In this document: positions 37,593 to 46,323 of the stretch, piece after piece | Position numbering within the stretch: position 1 is the stretch's first letter | How the letters are laid out: each line of letters starts with the position of its first letter | Assembly: GCA_035495615.1 (NCBI GenBank) | Contig: DATJFP010000071.1 | Span: 1,784-65,783, forward strand | DNA length: 64,000 bases | Reading direction: 5' to 3' | From: Verrucomicrobiia bacterium | GTDB taxonomy: Bacteria; Omnitrophota; Omnitrophia; Omnitrophales; Aquincolibacteriaceae | Notes under the pieces: generated by a model | The model's input: the letters and a program-made list of their open reading frames with translations, nothing else | Told to the model about the DNA's origin: nothing | The model's database searches: none | Made by a program: the position numbers and the translations under genes

Positions 37593-38564
37593 ATGAAATC
37601 CCGTCTTTTAGCCTTGGCACTGATCGCCTCCCAGCTTTTTTCTTCCGCGGCGTGGGCCCAAAGGGAACTCCTCGACAAGGTCGTGGCGGTCGTCAATGAC
37701 GAGCCCATTACCCAGAGCGAGCTGGACCTTCTTTTGAGGCCGCTTTACGACGAATACCGGCAGGAATACAGCCAGGAAGAAGTGATGGCCAAGCTGAACG
37801 AAGCCCGTCAGAAACTGCTCAACCAGCTCATCGAAGACAAGCTCGTGGTCCAGGCGGCGGTAAAAGCAGGCGTGCAGGTCGATGCCGCGGAAGTCGACAA
37901 AGGCCTGGAAGAATTCAAAAAGCGTTTTCCCAGCCAGACCGCGATGGAAGACCTGCTTAAAGAGCAGGGCATCACGATGGGTGACCTTCGCAAGCGCCTG
38001 GAAAAGCAGGCCATGATGCGCGAAATGCACGACATGGAGATCCGCTCGAAAGTCGTGATCTCGCCCAAAGAAATCGAAGACTACTACTCGAAGAACGCGG
38101 CGAAGTTCGATAAGGAACCGCGCCTGAAGGTCCGCTCCATCACCATCAAGAAAAGCTACGAGTCCCGCGACAAAGGCCTGGCCGACGATGAGGCCCAGGG
38201 TAAGATCACGGACATCCGCAAAAAAATCCTTTCGGGGGAAGACTTCGGGGCCCTTGCCCAGCAGTTTTCCGAAGACGTGCAGGCGAAAAACGGCGGCCTG
38301 AGCGACTGGATCCCGCGCGGCGCCATGATTCCCGTCATCGACCAGGTGATTTTTTCGCTGAAGCTCGGAGAGATCTCCAACATTATCGAGACCCCGATGG
38401 GCTACCATCTCTTCCGGGTCGAAGAAAAAGAGCAGAGCGTCAAAAACACCCTGGAAAACGTCCGCGACGAAATTTACGGCGAGCTTTTCCGCGAGAAAAG
38501 CGAACTGCGTTTCAACGAGTGGATGCAGGAACTCAAGCGCGACGCCTACATCTCGATCCGTTAA
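37593..38564 (+). CDS. surA: periplasmic SurA-like chaperone / parvulin-type peptidyl-prolyl isomerase (signal peptide, single PPIase domain)
   Basis: 323 aa: signal peptide, SurA-N-like region, parvulin motif ...GG.LG...........G.HLFRVEEK. The surA-pdxA-rsmA neighbourhood is conserved. Confidence 0.75.
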   Translation: MKSRLLALALIASQLFSSAAWAQRELLDKVVAVVNDEPITQSELDLLLRPLYDEYRQEYSQEEVMAKLNEARQKLLNQLIEDKLVVQAAVKAGVQVDAAEVDKGLEEFKKRFPSQTAMEDLLKEQGITMGDLRKRLEKQAMMREMHDMEIRSKVVISPKEIEDYYSKNAAKFDKEPRLKVRSITIKKSYESRDKGLADDEAQGKITDIRKKILSGEDFGALAQQFSEDVQAKNGGLSDWIPRGAMIPVIDQVIFSLKLGEISNIIETPMGYHLFRVEEKEQSVKNTLENVRDEIYGELFREKSELRFNEWMQELKRDAYISIR

Positions 38565-38594
38565 CCTTCCCGTTTTCTAACCCGAGTACTGCCC

Positions 38595-39614
38595 ATGAAA
38601 AAGCCCGTCCTTGCTTTGACTTTGGGAGATCCCGGCGGCATCGGCCCGGAAGTCACGCTCAAGGCCCTCCGAAAGCTGGATTCCCGCACGGCGACCTATG
38701 TTTTGTTCGGCACCCGCGGGGCCCTGCTGCGTGCGGCGCGTTTCGCGCCCGGGCTTTCTTTCCGTGAAATTTATTCCGATTCATTCCGGAAAAAAACGGA
38801 GCATGAGGGCGAGCTTCTTTTTTACGATGTCGGTTCCGCGGCCGCGGCGCTTTTTTACGGCAAGAAGAAAACAGGTGAAGTTCCCGCTTTCAAAGTCGGC
38901 GGCGTCTCGCGCGCGAACGCATCGCTTGCCCTTGCGTCACTTTCCGAAGCCGCGCGCCTGGCCTGTGAGGGAAAAATCCATGCGATCGTGACGGCCCCGC
39001 TCAACAAGACCACCCAGCGGCTGCTGGATCCCGGATTCACGGGCCATACCGAATTCCTCGCGGAGAAAGCCAAAACAAAAAAGTTCGCCATGATGTTCGT
39101 CGGGCCGCGTCTGAAAGTCACGCTGGCCACGGTTCACGTCGCGCTGAAAAAAGTCTCGGCGCAGATCACGGCCGCGGGCGTTGTGGACAAAATCATGCTC
39201 ACGCACGCTTTCCTGAAAAAGAATATGCGCCTGGCGAAACCCAGGCTCGCCGTCTGTGCTTTGAACCCGCACGGCGAGGAAACCGGCGACGAGGAAAACA
39301 GGACGATCGCGCCGGCCGTGAAAAAGGCAAGGCGGAGCGGTATCGACGTTTCCGGGCCGTTTTCCGCGGACCAGCTTTTTTACGAGGCCTACGAGGGCCG
39401 CTACGACGCGCTCATCAGCATGTATCATGACCAGGCCCTCGCGCCGTTCAAGATGGTCCATTTCAACGACGGCGTGAACGTGACGCTCGGGCTTCCGTTC
39501 GTGAGGACCTCGCCCGACCACGGCACCGCTTTCGACATCGCCTGGAAAGGGAAGGCGGACGCGTCTTCGATGACGGCCTCGATCGATCTCGCGCGCCGGC
39601 TGGCAAGCGTTTAA
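38595..39614 (+). CDS. pdxA: 4-hydroxythreonine-4-phosphate dehydrogenase PdxA
   Basis: 339 aa with the PdxA family signature. Confidence 0.9.
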   Translation: MKKPVLALTLGDPGGIGPEVTLKALRKLDSRTATYVLFGTRGALLRAARFAPGLSFREIYSDSFRKKTEHEGELLFYDVGSAAAALFYGKKKTGEVPAFKVGGVSRANASLALASLSEAARLACEGKIHAIVTAPLNKTTQRLLDPGFTGHTEFLAEKAKTKKFAMMFVGPRLKVTLATVHVALKKVSAQITAAGVVDKIMLTHAFLKKNMRLAKPRLAVCALNPHGEETGDEENRTIAPAVKKARRSGIDVSGPFSADQLFYEAYEGRYDALISMYHDQALAPFKMVHFNDGVNVTLGLPFVRTSPDHGTAFDIAWKGKADASSMTASIDLARRLASV

Positions 39615-39628
39615 TCCCTGAGGATACG

Positions 39629-40489
39629 ATGAGAACCCAAATCGATCTTTTGAAGGAATACGGGATCGCCATCCGCGGCAATCTGGGGCAGCATCTTCTG
39701 ATCGACCCGAACCTTCAAAGGAAAACCGTGGAGCTGCTCAACCCGGTGAAAGGCGAGAGTGTCTTCGAGATCGGGCCGGGGCTCGGCGCGCTGACCGGGC
39801 AAATGCTGGCGCGCGGGATGCGCGTGACGGCCGTCGAAAAGGACGCGCGCTTCGTCGAAGTCTTGAAAGAGGTTTTCGCCGCCGAAATCGAGGATGGGAG
39901 GCTGGAGATCCATCATGACGACGCGCTGGAAGCCGATTTCGAGAAAATCCTCGGGCGGAAGCCGTGTAAAATCCTCAGCAACCTTCCTTATTACATCACG
40001 GCGCCGCTTCTTTTTAAAATCTGCGAAAACCGGAAACTGTTCACGCGGGGCGTGTTTACCATGCAGCTCGAGGTGGCGGACCGGATTTTCGCCGGGCCGG
40101 GCAGCAAGGATTACGGCCGCCTCAGCCTGATGATGCGTCTTTTCGCGGACGTGGCCCCCGGCTTCGACGTTTCGCCCCGGTGTTTCACGCCGCCGCCGCA
40201 GGTGAAGTCGAGCGTTGTGGTCTTCGATTTTCATCAGCGGGACGATTTTGACGGTCTGACGGCGGAAGAGGTGTCGGAATTCATCAAGGCCGCTTTCAGC
40301 CATCGACGCAAGAAACTGATCTCGGTCCTGGCGCAATCGACGCTCGGTAAAACCAAAGAAGAATGGGCCGCGGCTTTCGAGAAACTCGGGATCGATCCGG
40401 GCGTGCGTTCCGAACAGCTGCTGCTGAAAGATTTTCTCGCGCTTGCCGCGCAAGTTAAAGCCCCCAAAGACGGCCGGAGGCTTGATTGA
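39629..40489 (+). CDS. rsmA: 16S rRNA (adenine1518/1519-N6) dimethyltransferase
   Basis: 286 aa; SAM-binding GPGLGALT motif. Confidence 0.92.
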   Translation: MRTQIDLLKEYGIAIRGNLGQHLLIDPNLQRKTVELLNPVKGESVFEIGPGLGALTGQMLARGMRVTAVEKDARFVEVLKEVFAAEIEDGRLEIHHDDALEADFEKILGRKPCKILSNLPYYITAPLLFKICENRKLFTRGVFTMQLEVADRIFAGPGSKDYGRLSLMMRLFADVAPGFDVSPRCFTPPPQVKSSVVVFDFHQRDDFDGLTAEEVSEFIKAAFSHRRKKLISVLAQSTLGKTKEEWAAAFEKLGIDPGVRSEQLLLKDFLALAAQVKAPKDGRRLD

Positions 40490-40515
40490 CAGGGTTTGTC
40501 GGGGCGTGCTAACAT
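40486..40515 (+). promoter_or_regulatory. candidate sigma70 promoter TTGACA-18-TAACAT for gatCAB-tsaD-mgtC
   Basis: Consensus -35 overlapping the rsmA stop, 18-nt spacer, TAACAT; a 7-bp GC hairpin (40526-40544) falls in the predicted 5' UTR. Confidence 0.35.
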
Positions 40516-40560
40516 CAGCCTCCTGCGCGGCCTGAGAGGCCGCGAAACAAAGGAAAAGAC

Positions 40561-40842
40561 ATGAGCTTTCAAATCGACAAAGTGGCGGAACTGGCGCGGA
40601 TCAAATTAAAGCCAGCCGAAAAAGCGAAGCTCGAGGAGGACTTGAAGTCCATCCTCGCCTACGTGGAGCAGCTCCGCCAGGTGGACACGAAGAATGTCGC
40701 CGAAACCAGCCACGTGCTGGACCTGACCAACGTTTTTCGCAAGGATGAAGTCAAGCCCTCGGAAGTCCGCGACAGCGTCCTCGAGAGCGCTCCCGCCCGC
40801 CAGGGAAAATTTTTCAAAGTCCCCAAAGTCGTCGAACGCTGA
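40561..40842 (+). CDS. gatC: Asp/Glu-tRNA amidotransferase subunit C
   Basis: 93 aa. Confidence 0.9.
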   Translation: MSFQIDKVAELARIKLKPAEKAKLEEDLKSILAYVEQLRQVDTKNVAETSHVLDLTNVFRKDEVKPSEVRDSVLESAPARQGKFFKVPKVVER

Positions 40843-40847
40843 TCCCC

Positions 40848-42263
40848 ATGCACCAGCTCACTTTAAAACAAGCCCTCGAGGAAGTCCGAAAAGACGGCGG
40901 CTCCGCGCTGATCAAAGCGCTGAGCGCGCGGGTGTCTTCGCTCAATCCCAAGCTGAATGCTTTTCTGCGTTTTGATCCGGCAGTGTCGGTTGTGCGCGGG
41001 GAAGGCAAAGGGCCGCTGCAGGGGCTGCCTATTTCCATCAAGGACAATATCTGCATCCAGGGATTGGAAACGACCTGCGCCTCAAAAATTTTGAAAGGCC
41101 ACCGGCCTCCTTACAACGCAACGGCCGTGGAGCGCCTGAAAAATGCGGGCGCCGTGATTTTCGGCCAGTGCAATATGGATGAATTCGCGTTCGGTTCTTC
41201 GTGCGAGACTTCCGCCTACGGTGTTTGCCGCAATCCCTGGGACACGGAACGCGTTCCGGGCGGTTCGAGCGGCGGTTCTGCGGCGGCGGTGGCCTCGGAC
41301 ATGACGCTCGCCGCGCTGGGTTCGGATACGGGCGGCTCCATCCGTCAGCCCGCGGCATTTTGCGGCGTGGTCGGCCTCAAGCCGACTTATGGCCGCGTGT
41401 CGCGTTATGGCCTCATCGCTTTCGGTTCGAGCTTCGACCAGATTGGCCCCATCACAAAAACCGTGGAAGATGCCGCGCTTCTCATGAACGTGCTCGCGGG
41501 CCACGACGAAAAAGATTCCACGGCGTCTTCGGAGCCGGTGCCCGATTACACCAAGTCGCTTGTCCGCGACGTGAAAGGCCTGCGCATCGGGCTGCCCCAG
41601 GAATATTTTGTGGAAGGCATGGACCCCGAAGTCGAAAAGAGCGTGCGCCAGGCCGCGGAAGTTTTCAAGAAGCTGGGCGCGGAAATCAAAAGCGTGAGCC
41701 TGCCTAACACGTCGCAGGCGGTCGCGGTTTATTATATTGTGGCTGTTGCCGAGGCCAGCTCCAATCTCGGGCGTTTTGACGGCGTGCGCTTTGGCATCCG
41801 CGCTTCGGAACAGTCGCTCAAAGACCTTTATTTCGAAACGCGCGACGAGGGCTTCGGAGCCGAAGCCAAACGCCGCATCCTTCTCGGGACTTTCGTGTTG
41901 TCCGCGGGCTATTACGACGCGTATTACCGCCAGGGCCAGAAAGTCCGCACGCTGATTCGCGACGACTTCAGCCGCGCGTTCAAAGACGTCGACGTGATTC
42001 TCAGCGCCACGGCGCCGACGCCGCCGTTTAAGATCGGCGAAAAATTGTCGGACCCGCTGGCCATGTACCTTTCCGATATTTTGACGATTCCCGCGAACCT
42101 GGCCGGCGTTCCGGCCATGTCGCTGCCCTGCGGCTTCACGTCTTCCGGCCTTCCGGTGGGCATGCAGCTGATGGCGCGTCCTTTCGACGAGCCTGCGCTT
42201 TTCCGCGCGGCTTACGCGTTCGAACAGGAAACCCAGGTTTACAAAAAGAAGCCCAAACTCTGA
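40848..42263 (+). CDS. gatA: Asp/Glu-tRNA amidotransferase subunit A
   Basis: 471 aa amidase signature (GGSSGGSAAAVA). Confidence 0.95.
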   Translation: MHQLTLKQALEEVRKDGGSALIKALSARVSSLNPKLNAFLRFDPAVSVVRGEGKGPLQGLPISIKDNICIQGLETTCASKILKGHRPPYNATAVERLKNAGAVIFGQCNMDEFAFGSSCETSAYGVCRNPWDTERVPGGSSGGSAAAVASDMTLAALGSDTGGSIRQPAAFCGVVGLKPTYGRVSRYGLIAFGSSFDQIGPITKTVEDAALLMNVLAGHDEKDSTASSEPVPDYTKSLVRDVKGLRIGLPQEYFVEGMDPEVEKSVRQAAEVFKKLGAEIKSVSLPNTSQAVAVYYIVAVAEASSNLGRFDGVRFGIRASEQSLKDLYFETRDEGFGAEAKRRILLGTFVLSAGYYDAYYRQGQKVRTLIRDDFSRAFKDVDVILSATAPTPPFKIGEKLSDPLAMYLSDILTIPANLAGVPAMSLPCGFTSSGLPVGMQLMARPFDEPALFRAAYAFEQETQVYKKKPKL

Positions 42264-42270
42264 GATCCTT

Positions 42271-43728
42271 ATGCCGCTTGATGATTACGAACCGGTGATC
42301 GGCCTTGAAGTGCACACGCAGCTCGACACGAAGTCGAAGATTTTCTGCTCGTGCTCGACGCGTTTCGGCTGCGAGCCGAACCAGAACACCTGCCCGACCT
42401 GCATGGGCATGCCCGGATCGCTGCCCGTTCTGAACGAAGAAGCGCTCCGCCTCGGCATCAAGGTCGGCCTCGCGCTCAACTGCAAGATTTCCGAGCGGCT
42501 CAAATTCGACCGTAAAAATTATTTCTATCCCGATCTTCCCAAGGCGTATCAGATTTCGCAGTTCGACATGCCCGTCAACGGCCCGGGCTGGCTCATGATC
42601 GAGCTGAAAGGCGCGGACGGCGGGCTGGTTGAACGCAAGATCCGCGTGCACCGTGCGCATCTGGAAGAGGACGCGGGCAAACTGCTGCATGAAGGCATCG
42701 AAGGCGCGAGCCTTGTGGATTTCAACCGCGCGGGCGTGCCGCTCTTGGAAATCGTTTCCGAGCCGGACCTTCGTTCGCCGGAAGAAGCGTATGCCTATCT
42801 CACCGCGCTTAAAGCCATTCTCCAGTACCTTGAAGTCAGCGACTGCAACATGGAAGAGGGAAGCCTGCGCTGTGACGCGAACGTTTCCATCCGTAAAAAA
42901 GGCGAAACGAAACTCGGCACCAAGGCCGAGGTGAAGAACCTCAATTCGTTCAAGGCCGTCCAAAAGGCGATTCAGTACGAAATCGAGCGCCAGGCCGCGA
43001 TGCTCGATAACGGCGAGCGGGTCGTACAGGAAACCCGGCTTTGGAACGACGACAAAGGCCAGACTTTTTTGATGCGGTCCAAGGAAGAGGCGCATGATTA
43101 CCGATATTTTCCCGAGCCGGATCTCGTCCCGTTCACGCTTTCTGCTGAGACGGTCGAGGCGATCCGCAAAACGCTTCCGGAGCTTCCGGCGGCGCGCGCC
43201 GCGCGGCTTGCGAAAAATTATGGGCTGTCGGCCTATGATGCCGCGGTGCTGGTGCAGGAAAAACCGCTGGCGAATTATTTCGAGGATTGCCTGAAATCCA
43301 AGGCCAATCCCAAAATGGTCAGCAACTGGATCCAGTCGGAACTGCTGGCACTGCTCAATCTCAACAAGCTGACGATCGAAAATTCGCCGGTCAAAGCGGA
43401 AGCGCTGGCCGGCCTCATCGCGCTCATCGAAAACAACACGATCAACGGCAAGATCGCCAAAGACGTGCTGCCGCTCATGTTCGAGACCGGCAAGCCCGCC
43501 GGGGAAATCGTGAAGGAAAAAGGCTGGGTGCAGGTGACGGACACCAAGTTCATCGAAGAGATCGCCGACGGCGTCATCGAGGCCAATCCCAAATCAGTGA
43601 CTGATTTCCGCGCGGGGAAAAACCAGGCGCTCGGATTCCTGGTGGGCCAGGTCATGAAAGCTTCCCAGGGCAAGGCCAATCCCAAGCTGGCCAACGAAAT
43701 CCTGGTCAAAAAACTGCAGCCGCAATAA
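42271..43728 (+). CDS. gatB: Asp/Glu-tRNA amidotransferase subunit B
   Basis: 485 aa. Confidence 0.95.
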   Translation: MPLDDYEPVIGLEVHTQLDTKSKIFCSCSTRFGCEPNQNTCPTCMGMPGSLPVLNEEALRLGIKVGLALNCKISERLKFDRKNYFYPDLPKAYQISQFDMPVNGPGWLMIELKGADGGLVERKIRVHRAHLEEDAGKLLHEGIEGASLVDFNRAGVPLLEIVSEPDLRSPEEAYAYLTALKAILQYLEVSDCNMEEGSLRCDANVSIRKKGETKLGTKAEVKNLNSFKAVQKAIQYEIERQAAMLDNGERVVQETRLWNDDKGQTFLMRSKEEAHDYRYFPEPDLVPFTLSAETVEAIRKTLPELPAARAARLAKNYGLSAYDAAVLVQEKPLANYFEDCLKSKANPKMVSNWIQSELLALLNLNKLTIENSPVKAEALAGLIALIENNTINGKIAKDVLPLMFETGKPAGEIVKEKGWVQVTDTKFIEEIADGVIEANPKSVTDFRAGKNQALGFLVGQVMKASQGKANPKLANEILVKKLQPQ

Positions 43729-44735
43729 TGATCACGCTCGGCATCGAAACTTCCTGCGACGAAACGTCCGTGGCCGTTCTGGAAGGCAAGCACGGCATCC
43801 GCTCCAACGTGGTATCCTCCAGCCTTTTCCGCCATCAGCCCTTCGGCGGCGTGGTTCCCGAAATCGCGTGCCGGCACAGCCTTGAGCAAATCGACTTTGT
43901 GCTCGAGCAGGCGCTGAAGCAGGCCAATGCAAAAATCCAAGACGTGGATCTCATCGCGGTGACGCAGGGGCCCGGGCTCATCGGGTCCTTGTTCGTGGGC
44001 GTATGCTTCGCCAAGGCGCTGAGCTTTCACCTCAAGAAGCCGCTCGTCGGCGTCAATCACCTGGAAGCGCACCTCACCGCCAATTTCATCGGGCACGAAG
44101 CGCCGGAACGTTATCTCGGGCTGCTCGTGTCGGGCGGGCATACCAGCATTTCCTATCATGAAGGCGCGCAGATGAAGATTATCGGCGAGACTGTGGATGA
44201 TGCGTGCGGCGAGGCTTACGACAAAGTCGCGAAGATCCTGGGTCTTGGGTTTCCGGGCGGCCCCATCATCGACAAGCTCGCGGCCCAGGGCAATGAAAAG
44301 GCGTATAAGTTCACAAGGCCGAAACAAGAAAATTCCTATGACTTCAGTTTCAGCGGCGTAAAGACGGCCGTGCTTTACCTGACGCGCAGGCAAAAGAGCA
44401 TGACGGATGAATTCAAGCGTGACGTGGCCGCGAGCTTCCAGCGCGCCGCCGTCAGCTGGCTGGTTGAGAAATCGATCGCGGCGGCCGAAGATATGAGAGT
44501 CTCGGACATCGTCGTGGGCGGGGGCGTGAGCGCCAATTCCCGTCTGAGAAAAGATCTCCAGGAAGCTGCGGGCCGGGAAGGCATTCGCACCTGGTTTCCG
44601 CCGCTCGCGCTGACGGGCGACAACGCGGCCATGATTGCGCGGCAGGGCCTCGACCTTTATGAAAAGGGCGTGCGGGACACGATCCGCCTGAATGCGGATC
44701 CCAACCTCAGAGTTAAAGGGAGGAAAGCTTCATGA
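43728..44735 (+). CDS. tsaD: tRNA N6-adenosine threonylcarbamoyltransferase TsaD
   Basis: 335 aa Kae1/TsaD family; 1-nt overlap with gatB. Confidence 0.93.
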   Translation: MITLGIETSCDETSVAVLEGKHGIRSNVVSSSLFRHQPFGGVVPEIACRHSLEQIDFVLEQALKQANAKIQDVDLIAVTQGPGLIGSLFVGVCFAKALSFHLKKPLVGVNHLEAHLTANFIGHEAPERYLGLLVSGGHTSISYHEGAQMKIIGETVDDACGEAYDKVAKILGLGFPGGPIIDKLAAQGNEKAYKFTRPKQENSYDFSFSGVKTAVLYLTRRQKSMTDEFKRDVAASFQRAAVSWLVEKSIAAAEDMRVSDIVVGGGVSANSRLRKDLQEAAGREGIRTWFPPLALTGDNAAMIARQGLDLYEKGVRDTIRLNADPNLRVKGRKAS

Positions 44736-45181
44736 CTCACAATCTCGACGTCGTCATCCGCCTTGCGGCGGCCACGATTTTGGGCGCGCTTATCGGGCTC
44801 GAACGCGAAAGGCACGGCAAGGAAGCAGGTTTCCGCACTTACACCATCGTTTGTTTGGGGTCTGCTCTTGTCATGCTGGTGTCGACGCACATCGCCGAAC
44901 TTTATAAGGACACGGATGCTTCCCGCATTTCCGCCCAAGTTGTCAGCGGTATCGGCTTTTTGGGCGCCGGCGCGATTATCCGCAACCCCGCGGGAGTCAA
45001 AGGCATTACGACAGCCGCGGGCATCTGGATTGCGGCCGGTATCGGACTGGCATGCGGCCTTGGAGATTTTTTCGAAGCCACGGTTTCAACGCTTCTTGTG
45101 CTCGTTATTCTCATGATTTTCTCGCGCGTGGATCGCTGGTTCGAACAAAGAAAGGCCAGCGGCGGCTCCCAAGGCGGATAG
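44732..45181 (+). CDS. MgtC/SapB family membrane protein
   Basis: 149 aa; 4 TM helices and MgtC-like N-terminal motif; ATGA overlap with tsaD. Confidence 0.8.
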   Translation: MTHNLDVVIRLAAATILGALIGLERERHGKEAGFRTYTIVCLGSALVMLVSTHIAELYKDTDASRISAQVVSGIGFLGAGAIIRNPAGVKGITTAAGIWIAAGIGLACGLGDFFEATVSTLLVLVILMIFSRVDRWFEQRKASGGSQGG

Positions 45182-45187
45182 CCGCGG

Positions 45188-45216
45188 TTGACACCCCCCA
45201 GCCAAACCGTTAGAAT
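45188..45216 (+). promoter_or_regulatory. near-consensus sigma70 promoter TTGACA-17-TAGAAT immediately upstream of hisG
   Basis: Perfect -35 (45188-45193), 17-nt spacer, TAGAAT (45211-45216). ATG 45227 is ~4 nt from the predicted TSS, suggesting a near-leaderless transcript. Confidence 0.55.
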
Positions 45217-45226
45217 CCCCCTTCCT

Positions 45227-46099
45227 ATGAATAAACTCAAAATCGCTTTGCCCAAAGGAAGCCTCGAAGAGGCCACTTACCGCCTGTTCACTAAGGCCGG
45301 TTTCAAGGTCTCCGTGGGCTCCCGCTCCTATTTCCCCTCCGTCAATGATCCGGAACTGGAAGTCATCCTTTTCCGCCCGCAGGAGATGCCGCGTTATATC
45401 GAAGACGGCGTCGTCGATTGCGGCCTCACGGGCCATGACTGGATCTGCGAGAACAAGGCCAAAGTGACCGAGCTTTGCGAGCTGCAGTACTCGAAGCGCA
45501 CGAAGAACCCCGTCCGTTGGGTGCTTTGCGTGCACAACGATTCTCCCTTCAAGAAGGTGCAGGACCTTGAAGGAAAGAAGATCGCCACCGAGCTGGTGGA
45601 AGTCACGAAGGAGTACCTGAAAAAGAACAAGGTCAACGCCGAAGTGGAATTTTCCTGGGGCGCCACGGAAGTGAAGCCGCCGCGCCTTGCCGACGCCATC
45701 GTCGAAGCCACGGAAACCGGCTCGAGCCTGCGCGCCAATAATCTCCGCATCATCGAGACGCTTTTGACCTCGGTGCCCAAGTTTATCGCCAATAAAGACA
45801 GCTATAAGGACGAATGGAAAAAGCGCAAGATGGACAACATCGTGCTGCTGCTCGAAGGCGCGATCCGCGCTGAGGACAAAGTCGGCCTCAAGATGAACGT
45901 GGAAAAGAAAAATCTGCCGGCCGTCCTGAAAATCCTTCCCGCGCTGAAAAATCCGACCGTGTCTTCGCTTTCCAGCGAAGGCTGGTACGACGTGGATACG
46001 ATCATCGACGAATCGGTCGTGCGCGAGCTCATTCCCGAACTCAAGAAGAACGGCGCGTCCGGAATTATCGAATACCCGCTGAACAAAGTCATTCCGTAA
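45227..46099 (+). CDS. hisG: ATP phosphoribosyltransferase, long form (HisG)
   Basis: Start MNKLKIALPKGSL; the track ORF from TTG 45188 runs through the promoter and is rejected. Long form with C-terminal regulatory domain (290 aa). No other his genes are adjacent. Confidence 0.85.
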   Translation: MNKLKIALPKGSLEEATYRLFTKAGFKVSVGSRSYFPSVNDPELEVILFRPQEMPRYIEDGVVDCGLTGHDWICENKAKVTELCELQYSKRTKNPVRWVLCVHNDSPFKKVQDLEGKKIATELVEVTKEYLKKNKVNAEVEFSWGATEVKPPRLADAIVEATETGSSLRANNLRIIETLLTSVPKFIANKDSYKDEWKKRKMDNIVLLLEGAIRAEDKVGLKMNVEKKNLPAVLKILPALKNPTVSSLSSEGWYDVDTIIDESVVRELIPELKKNGASGIIEYPLNKVIP

Positions 46100-46130
46100 G
46101 ATCAACCCAACAAGAAGGAGAAAAGCTTCG

Positions 46131-46229
46131 ATGCCTTGGGCTCATAAACAGCGCAAAAAGAAAATGAACAAGCACAAGCGCAAAAAAAAGCTCCGGAAAC
46201 ACCGCCACAAGAAGAAGTCCTGGTCCTAA
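46131..46229 (+). CDS. 32-aa ultra-basic protein resembling ribosomal protein bS22 (MPWAHKQRKKKMNKHKRKKKLRKHRHKKKSWS); not in ORF track
   Basis: AAGGAG RBS 10 nt upstream. Composition and the K-R-K-K-M-x-K-x-K-R-K motif resemble mycobacterial/Bacteroidetes bS22 as recalled from memory. Confidence 0.6.
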   Translation: MPWAHKQRKKKMNKHKRKKKLRKHRHKKKSWS

Positions 46230-46287
46230 GCCGCGGTTTTTCCGCTCTTTCGTACTGAAGAGACGTCCTCTCTTCGGGAATCCTCTT

Positions 46288-46320
46288 CCCGGCCCTCCTC
46301 CGGAGGGCCGGGTTTTCTCT
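46288..46320 (+). terminator. intrinsic terminator: 11-bp GC stem CCCGGCCCTCC/GGAGGGCCGGG, 3-nt loop, UUUUCUCUU tail, ending 8 nt before the ispE ATG
   Basis: Perfect complementarity read directly; preceded by two smaller hairpins (46254-46272 and 46274-46288). Confidence 0.7.
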
Positions 46321-46323
46321 TCC

